Positions 55,128-64,000 of a stretch of DNA of 64,000 nt are shown here, in pieces; the first letter of the stretch is position 1, and each line of letters starts with the position of its first letter. Source of the stretch: Camelus ferus (taxonomy: Eukaryota); contig NC_045696.1 in the NCBI RefSeq assembly GCF_009834535.1, positions 15,750,001 to 15,814,000 of the forward strand, written 5' to 3'. The notes beneath the pieces were generated by a model that was not told where the DNA came from, made no database searches, and worked only from the letters and a program-made list of their open reading frames with translations. Made by a program: the position numbers and the translations under genes.

Positions 55128-56822
55128 CCCCACCCCAATGCCTATCTGCAAAGGCCAAGAGGGAATTCTAGACAGAGCAGAAAAGCTGCAAAATATATGG
55201 AGCCAAACTGACAGAACTAAAAGGAGAAAAAGACAAATTCAAAATTATAATTGGAGATCTCAACATCCTTCACCAACAATCAGTGGAACTAGACAGAAAA
55301 TCAACATGGGTCTATAAGAACTGAACAGTGTCATCAACTAAGATAATCTAACCACATTTATAAAACACCCCATCCAACAGCAGGAAAATATACAGAACCT
55401 AGAAATAATTCCAAACAGCATGAGCTGATTTTTGACAAAAGTGCAAAAGCAATACAATGGGAGAAGGACAGTGTCTTCAATAAATGGTGCTAGCGCAGTT
55501 GCATATCCATGGGAAAAATAAATGAACCTCAGTCTAAACCTGGCACCATATAAAAGATTAAATCAAGATGGATCATAAGTTTAAATGTCAAATATAAAAC
55601 TATAAATCTTTTAGAAGGAAACATAGGAGAAAATCTTCAGAACCTGGGGCTTGGTGAAGAGTTCTTAGACATAACAGAAGCACAATCTCTAAGAAAAAAA
55701 AATGCTAGGTTGGACTTCATTAAAATAAAAAACATTTACTCTTTCAAAAGACTCTTTTAAGAGGATGAAAAGACAAGCTCAGGCTGGGAGAAAATATTTA
55801 CAAACTACTTATCTCATAAAGGTCTCATACCTAGAAATTATAAAGAACTCTCAAAAATTCAACAGTAAAAAAGCAAAGAATCCAATTAGAACATGAATAA
55901 AAGACATGAAGAGACATTTCACTGAAGAAGGTATATGAATGGCAAATAGGAACATGAAAAAATGTTCAACCTCACTAGCCTAAGGGAAATGTAAATTAGG
56001 ATCACAATGAAGTATCACTGCACACCTAGTAAAACAGCTAAAATGAAAAATAATGACAATATCAAATGCTGGCAAGGATGTGTAGAAACTGAATCTCTCA
56101 TACACTGCTGGTGGGAATGCAAAATAGTGCAGTCACTTTGGAAAACATTTTGGCAGTTTCTTTTAAAATAGAACTTAATGCTGACATATCCTAGCAGGCG
56201 CACTCTGATTCCAGAGAAATGAGTACTCATGTCCATATAAAAACTAGTACATGATTGTTCATAGCAGCTTATTTGAAACACCCAAAGCTGGAAATAACCA
56301 AAATGTCCTATAAGTAATGGTGAAAGAAACAAACTTTGTTATATCTATACCGTGAAATACAACACAGTAATAAAAAAGGAATGTACTGCTATACACAAAA
56401 GCCAGAATGGCTTCCCAGGGCTTCTGCTGAGTGAAAAAAGATCATTTCAGAAAGTCAAATGCTATACGATTCCATTCGTGTAACAGTCTTGAAATGACAA
56501 AATTATAAAACTGGAGACCAGGTGAATGGTGTCAGGGTTATTGACAGTGGGCTGGGGGTGGTGCTTATGACTAAGAGGGAAATATTTTGTGGTGAAGTAA
56601 TAGCACCTTGCTTGCTATAGTGGTTGCATGAATCTATGCACATGTTAAAGTGACACATAACTCCACACGTACTTTATACCAAGGCCAATTTCCTGAGTTT
56701 AATGTTGTACTTTAGTAACCTAAGATGTAACCATGGGGGAAACTGGGTGATACACAGGACCTCTCTGTACCATTTTTACAGCTTCCTGTGAATCTATAAT
56801 TATTTCAAAATAAAAGTTTAGA
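54720..56822 (+). mobile_element. Old L1 (L1MB/MC-like) composed of 5'-region-like, EN, ORF2 C-terminal and 3'UTR pieces
   Basis: EN remnant (aattataattggagatctcaacatcc...ctagacagaaaatcaac); then gctgatttttgacaaaagtgcaaaagcaatacaatgg; ends cttcctgtgaatctataattatttcaaaataaaagttta. Confidence 0.85.
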
Positions 56823-57671
56823 AAAAGGAAAATACAGAAACTTTGTAAGGCGTTCTTTTAAAAAAAATACATTCTCTAAATTTTTTCAAGGATTTTATGA
56901 TGTCAAACTTCTCAAATGAATAGCTTTTCTCTTTCCAACAGTTGACTAAACCAAATCATTTATATATTGGAAGCTTACTGTTTATTTTTAAATAATGCTA
57001 TAAATTCTATACTTGCCATGTCTTAATATACCAATTTACAATTGCTAATGGGTATCAAAGGATCAAGGACACTAAAATCATGATTTTATCAAAAAACTCA
57101 TTTAACACATTAGTTGCAACCCCATTACTGACCTCAAGAACAGTCGCTTTTGCTGGAGCTGCCAACAAGCAAACAAAATGTGACTGATTTTCTACTTTTC
57201 TCTATTTAAAAAGGAATTAATGAATATAAATATGTCCCAATTTGATATCTCAGCTTTCATAACACATACTTTGGAAACTCTATGCCTGAATAATTGGGCC
57301 ATTGATTATTTCTGGAACATAAGTTAAGCCCTTCAATTTCATCTTATGGAGACCTGAAAGTTACAATAAGAAGGTTTCCAGATTGCTTTTAGTTTTTTTT
57401 AAATTTCAAGTTATCTCCTTTGATAAATCTTGTTTCTTAAAAATACTTGTTTATTAAACTGCTAGACTCTGCCATTCTTTAATTGCTAATAGCAGGCCAT
57501 CCAAATATGTCTCCTCCCTCCCTGCTTTCATAATTTATGAAAAAAGATACAATGCATGTGGAAATGTTTTAAAGGAGTCTATAGGAATGCCTAATGGTAT
57601 GCTTTTTTTTTCTTTTTTAAGTGAATGGGGTAAAGTCATAAGGAGAAAATCTCTTCTGAAAGGTATAAATA

Positions 57672-57967
57672 CAGGTCCACAGTCCCTTATCTGCAGTTCT
57701 GAAATCCTCAAAATATTCTGCAAAGTAAAGGTTTTAAATCATTCAGTTGGCAAGACTGGCACTCTCTGATAGTTTCTGTGTAATCCACGAGTGTTAATAT
57801 TCCCAACTTTACTGCAGAAATGTAAGTGTGTTGTGCTCGGGATGCGGGCCGTGGGGTACCATGCAGTATACGGTGTGTGGACTACGATCCTTTTTGAAAA
57901 TCTGAAAATTCCTGACTTATGAGACATGTCTAGTCCCAAGAGTTTGGAATGAGAGATTATGGGCCTG
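57672..57967. mobile_element. TcMar-Tigger MITE (MER46C-like)
   Basis: Degenerate TIRs caggtccacagtcccttatc / gaatgagagattatgggcctg; TA at the left flank. Confidence 0.75.
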
Positions 57968-58559
57968 TCCTAGAAGAGTCCAGGACAGGTGTTTATATAG
58001 CACTGAGAATAGGAACTTACTTATGTGGCAGATGAATCCAAGAGTATAGATATTTCATGACATTAAATTTGGGAGAAGAGTCAGATAAGCACCAGGCTGA
58101 CCTTTATTTCACCACTAAGCAAAATGGGGCATTGAGCAAGGTGCCCAAGTTGACCCAGTTACAGCTGGAACCATGGCAGTTTGGCTTTAGAAGTCATGCT
58201 TTTAAACCGCAAAGATACTGCTACTGAAGACCTATCCTGAAAGCCTCCTCTGTCACAGCAGAATGAGACTGAGTCTCCCAGCTGAAAGCATGAGGATTGT
58301 GTGAAAGTTCATACCCTCATGGATAGAACCCCAGACTCCAGAAAACTGGCAATCCAGTTCATATTCCCCAAGTGTGAAACTGGAGGATCCTTTTAAGGAG
58401 TAAAATGAACAGCTCCAAAGGGAAAAAAAAAGAAAAAGAAAAAGAAAAGAAAAAGACTGTGGGAGTTGACCTCAATTAATCCTCTGCTGTGGAGTTCACC
58501 TGTCCAATTTTGGCTTTGCACACTGAACTTCCAACCAGCTATTACTATATAGTATCTTT

Positions 58560-59075
58560 TTACACAGGAATAGCTTCAGGGATCACCAGACATGTAAGGA
58601 AAGTGTCAAACATGAAACAGATCAGAATAAACAATCAATAAACAGAGGAACAGAACAGAACATAGGAAATACAAATAGTAGATAAAGTGTTAAATACATA
58701 CATACATATATATATATATGTATATATATATCATGAAGACTGTCAGAGATTAATAGAAGAAGTTGCATTCATAAAAGCAAAAAAGGAATCTATAAAAAAG
58801 TGGGTGCAATAGACAATAAGATAGAGAATCTGGAAGTTAAAAACATGATAGCTGAAATTTAAAAGTTCAGTACAACTTGGGAAGACAAGGTCAGTGACAT
58901 TCCCCAGAAAGTAGTTCAAGAAAACAGAAATAAGAAAAATTAGAGAAGTTATGCAGGAGGCTCAGAGGTTTATTTCAGGGTAGGCTTCAAGAAAGAGAAA
59001 CAGAGAAAATGCTGGAAAGGAAATGATTAATTTACAGAACATGTTTCAAGAACTTAAAAACATGAGTCTTTTTAA
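58560..59075 (+). mobile_element. HAL1-like / L1 ORF1-like remnant just upstream of the exon
   Basis: aaacatgatagctgaaatttaaaagttcag...gaagacaaggtcagtgacattccccagaaagtag...tttcaagaacttaaaaacatgagtctt. Confidence 0.55.
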
Positions 59076-59137
59076 ACATTATCCTTAAGAACATTTGGAA
59101 GGGGGCATGTGTTATATAGCCATGCAGCTGTATTTGA

Positions 59138-59482
<345 letters not shown>

Positions 59483-60249
59483 TAATGTAGACTGAAGCTC
59501 TAAGTTTCAGTGGAGGTTACTTAGATCCACATAATAAAACCTACCTACCATTTGAAGCTGTTCATATTTTCAGTGGTTGTCTTATTGACTACAATTGCCC
59601 ATCAACCACAGTGAAGAGAAGTAGACAATTTGCACCCACTGTGTCTGTCTGCCAGTGAGTTCTGACAAATGATTATAAGGTATAAGTTACATGTCTGAAT
59701 AAACTGGCATCTGATTCAATAAGTATGTATGTCTTGAGAAAAAAGAATTGAAGGAAGTTTTGATGTGTCCTTTTTACACAAAGAAAACATTTTTTTAACA
59801 TAATATTAAAATTACCAACAAAAAGCAAAGGTGATCTATGAAGAGTTCGATGAGTATTTGTTGAGAATCTCCTGGAATTTCCACATATAAATATATTGAA
59901 GACATATGACTTCATAACCAAAATGCTGTGTTTTGCCTTAGATGATTTCAATAGCATTTTCTAAGTCAATCTATATACATACAATTTGTCTTATAAAAAG
60001 GAGTCAAGTTCTACATTTAACACATCCTTAGGAAGATAATTTCCTATCCACACTCATGTGCTCTCTCTCAGTCCCTATAAAAAAGGGAGATGGTACCTTC
60101 TACATCCAGTCTGCCCTGTGTATCAATTTCCTAATAACTTCTTTCCTCTCTTAACCTTTTCCCTATCATCTTTAGCTTGAGGGAGAAAATTTCAGAATTT
60201 CAGATGCACGTGACAATGATCATTCCCTCTGTCCTCGTTTGTCAGCCCT

Positions 60250-61430
60250 CTCTCTTCTCCAATAGCTCCTTGTTAGAGTGTCTCAAGACTCACTCTTGTG
60301 TCTTCTTCTATCCTGTATCTACACTTACTTCTGTGGTTACAGCATTTAACCTCATGCTATTAAGTACTATTTATAGGCTAAATGCCTCCCAAAGTTATAT
60401 ATCTCCACTCCAACCCTCTTTCCTGAATTTCAGATTCATCTGATCCCACTGCCTATGATATCTCAGATTTAACATGTCTAAAGTTGTACTTCTGATCATC
60501 CCCCACCACAAGTCCTCCATTCACCCTTTACCGTCTCAACTGATGGTGTCTCCAGCCTTCCAACAGCTCAGGCCAAAAACCTTGACATCCTCCTGGACTT
60601 CTCTGTCTTTCCCTCACATCTACATGCAAGCTACCAGGAAAATTTCTCAGCTCCATCTGCAGAATATATTCAGTATCTGACGACTTCGCACCATTCCTTC
60701 TCTGATGGGTGCCACCATCAGCTCTCACCTCCATTACTGGATCACATCCTAATGGCTCTCCCAGCCTCCACTCCTGGCCCCCAGGGGTCTATTCTAAACA
60801 CAGTAGCAGACAGAACCCATTTAAGATGATTCAGTGTCAAATCACACCTCTGCTCAAAATCTTTCAGTGGCTCCCCATTTCCCCCAGAGGTAGAGTCAAA
60901 GACAGTGGTTTCTCATTTTATCCAAAGTATCAGACAAATCTTTTACCAAGGCCCACAAGGCAACGTATGAATTGGCTCCTGTTTTTATTTCTCTGGTCTC
61001 TTTTCCTTGCTCTCTCTCTTCCCACTCTGGCTCCAGTCACACTTTTTTCCTGGCTGTTCGGTGAACACACAGGGCACCCCCTCATCTTTGGGCTTTGCCT
61101 AGAACACCAAGTCCCTCACTTAATCCAAGTCTTTGTCTAAGGTCACCTCCTGGATGAGGCCTTCCCTGATCACCCCACTGAAGATTGTAACGTGGCCCTC
61201 CCCACAGCACCCCAGTTGCCCTTCCTCTCCTTTTCTTGCCCAGTTCTTCTCTTAATCTTCTAAGATACCATCCTAGTTCACCTAATTGTTACGTTTATAT
61301 TTATCGTCCACCCCCTCTTTCTAGAACACTGGCTCCATGAGGCAAGGATAATTATCAATTTTGTTCACCTTTCAATCCCAAGCACACGAGACCAGAACTG
61401 GCTCATGATGGCCACTCAGCAGATGTGGCT
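60250..61430 (+). mobile_element. L2 element
   Basis: gctcaggccaaaaaccttgacatcctcctggac...cacacctctgctcaaaatctttcagtggctcccc...ctccatgaggcaagga. Confidence 0.8.
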
Positions 61431-61581
61431 GAGCGGATGCAGAGCATCCTGAAAAAAACCTGATTTAGTTACATCAACACTTAGAAAATTTACATTAAAT
61501 TCCACCCTGAAATCTGTCACTTTTACTCACTACAAAAGGAATTCACAGTTTTGAATCTTCCCAACTTACTAAGGATATTGT

Positions 61582-61658
61582 TGTGAAGACTATGGTATAA
61601 GGAAAAAATGTGAAGACTACAGTATAAGGAATGTGAAGACTATGGTATAAGGAAAAAA
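61582..61658. repeat. Tandem repeat, 3 x 23-27 bp
   Basis: tgtgaagacta(tg/ca)gtataagga(a)n at 61582, 61609 and 61632. Confidence 0.95.
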
Positions 61659-62821
61659 TAGGGGGAATTATTTTTTATTCTTCACATCTCCCCATTTCAC
61701 CTGTTCAATCCATGACTCAAAAGAGGACAGTCCAACGGAGACATCAAACAAGCGAAGACGTGACGCATGCTGTAGAGAACATTCCGGACACATGTTTGCT
61801 CAGTCAAAATGTGTGGTTAAAATCAAGTCTTAAAACATTTTAAAAATTTTTTATAAAATTAGACTAGAAAATACAAAATATTTTAATGTGATGTATCTTC
61901 TTGGATCTGAGGTTTCTATTTCATGCATGGAAATGTGTTTTTAAAAACTTTATTCTAGTGGCATTATTTATACTGGCTGATCCATTTTCAGTAAAAGTGT
62001 TGTTTTGGGAACTGAATAATGCAAAAAACATAATAAACCTTATGGTGGAGGCATTTTTTACTGCAAAAAGACTAGGACTTTGCAAACACAATTTGTTTGC
62101 TTACTTCTCATTTCCTTCTCAAAGTCACTAATAGAGCTGTTACTTAAAGGATCAGGAAACAACACAGAGTGATGCTGAGTGCTTTTCAAAATCTTTCATC
62201 TATGGAAATAGAAAGTGATTTTACTCACATTAATTAATTAACCCTGTGATAACTGAATAACCACTCAAGTTATTATACAGTCCTACAGCCTGGCGTCCAT
62301 GTAAATGAGTAGAACATAATTTAGTCCAGGTTATTGTATCCCTTGGTGAAAGCTCTCGGTGGGGAACCCTACAGTGAACTTTATTACTCTGAACTGGGAG
62401 GAGGTTACCAAGTAAATGTTCTCTGCCACGCCCGACCCTTTGTTGGACAGTGACCTTTCAAAATAGTTTTGTATTCCTGGCATGTTGGGCAGCATGAACC
62501 ATGTTCTGTTTAATTACAACTATATTTAGAACCCTCAGGCTGAAAACGGGAATTATTTGTCAAGTCTTATATTTCCACCACTTTCCAGAACTTCAGTATA
62601 AACAAAAGAAAGTAATTATGTTAACCCTCTTTTAAAAAAATGGTTTTGGATGATACACAGATGAAAGAAAATACTACAAATAACACAGAAAGAGCATAAG
62701 AAAAGGCTTGGCAAAGAGATAAAAATCAAACAGCAACAAAAGAAAAACAAGGGATTTCAATATCATCAAGAAAATTGAGATTTGAAGTACATTATTGAGT
62801 CCTTAATGGTAAGTAGGTAGG

Positions 62822-62858
62822 TGATAGATGGATGGACAGATAGATAGATAGATAGATT
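62822..62858. repeat. (GATG)/(GATA)n microsatellite
   Basis: Seen directly. Confidence 0.85.
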
Positions 62859-62989
62859 GATAATCAATGAAGAAGGAGGGGAGTTTCTTACTAAAAGAAA
62901 AATGCCAAAAGATATATGTAGAAAGAAGTTGTGGAGCTGGAAAAAGCATCATTTTAAAAGCATCATTAAAAAAGTTTAGGATAAGAATC

Positions 62990-63320
62990 ATCAATCAATG
63001 GTAAATCAGGGGGGAAGGTTTGCTAAGGAACTTTTAAAGTGTGCATCTCCAGATTCCTTGTTAGTTACAAGAGGAAAAAAGAGTGATTACACAGTGGAGA
63101 AATAGACAACATCTTGATGAGGAAGTAAAAATGAATTAACACCAAAGAGGGACAGATGGACGTCTTGTGCCTTCGGGTGTTCTTTGAGGATGACACAACT
63201 TCGTTTGTGTAGTGATCTGGCCAGAAGTTCGTAGCCTGAATCTTAGCCTGAGAAGATATCTGACAAACCTAAGTCAAGGAACATCCAAAATAACTGGCTT
63301 GTAGTCTTTAAAATTTCTTC
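62990..63320 (+). mobile_element. Old L1 (L1MC/ME-like) 3'UTR fragment
   Basis: ttagttacaagaggaaaaaagagtgattacacagtggagaaa...gagggacagatggac...gcctgaatct...gacaaacctaa. Confidence 0.6.
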
Positions 63321-64000
63321 GAAATATTCCACTAAGAAATCAAAACTCCATTTGCATCACCGACTTCACAAATGAGGGCAACCTTATTAGTACGTGTGCT
63401 GAACTCATGACTCAGCAGAGGACTTAGTGAAGTGAGGATGGTCTCTTCTGACTTTACCTATTTTCTTAGTGAAATAAGAAGCGAGTCTTATGCTGAAAGT
63501 GGCTTCAGGAGGTGTTTGCAGTTAGGAGAAAGAAAAAAGTATGAAACAGTAATCTCAGAGAAGGGAGGGGTGGTGAAATGCCCAGTGCATCATTTCCGAA
63601 CAATGTCAATGTCACCCTTCAGAATATGGCCAGTGCACTTAAAGTGAGATCAGTCAGCACAACTGTGCATTTTTCTCTCACCACATTAAGCTCCTAGACA
63701 CAGATCTGGGGTAGCCAAAACGCTGGATTTAATCAGGACTGGAGCTTTGTCAGGCAATGCGGGAGAGAAAGAGATAAGAAAATTGATAGATGCACAGAAA
63801 TAATTTTAGTGATGGACCATAAATCTAAGCTGAATGAAGAAAGACGTGTAGACAGCAAAGAGGTGACATCAGTTTAAATTAATTTGTTTAACGCCAACAG
63901 TAAATCAGAAATCCAGATTTGGTCCAAGATGGGATGTGTGTATTCCAGAAAGATGAGAAGTGGTGATCATATTTACAAAGTGGTACCATTACTGGTTACA

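Noticed and set aside
60709..61140. Longest ORF in the track (143 aa)
   Set aside because: It lies within a degenerate L2 and shows no recognisable protein similarity or splice context.

Overview
This is AT-rich, repeat-dense mammalian genomic DNA, not microbial. The only supportable protein-coding sequence is a 158-nt internal exon on the + strand (59197-59354, AG/GT flanks). It encodes the transmembrane and juxtamembrane part of CYYR1 ([52 protein letters not shown]), equivalent to human exon 3. The rest of the window is therefore inferred to be the long preceding intron and the start of the next intron. It is filled with L1 elements (old L1M/HAL1-type and younger lineage-specific ones), L2, MIR, MaLR and MER21 LTRs, hAT and Tigger MITEs, and microsatellites. 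Two tRNA-derived SINEs resembling vic-1 suggest a camelid host (inference). The most interesting observations are: (1) a ~340-bp mini-L1 whose 5' end is fused at an AG to the last ~165 bp of the 3'UTR; (2) an open read-through of the exon's splice donor followed by AATAAA, a possible PPxY-less isoform; (3) a 5'-inverted young L1 nested in an old L1; (4) a tandem pair of AP-1/ARE sites. Repeat family names come from recognition by eye and need RepeatMasker/Dfam confirmation; most repeat boundaries are approximate. I found no firm evidence for a novel multi-gene system.
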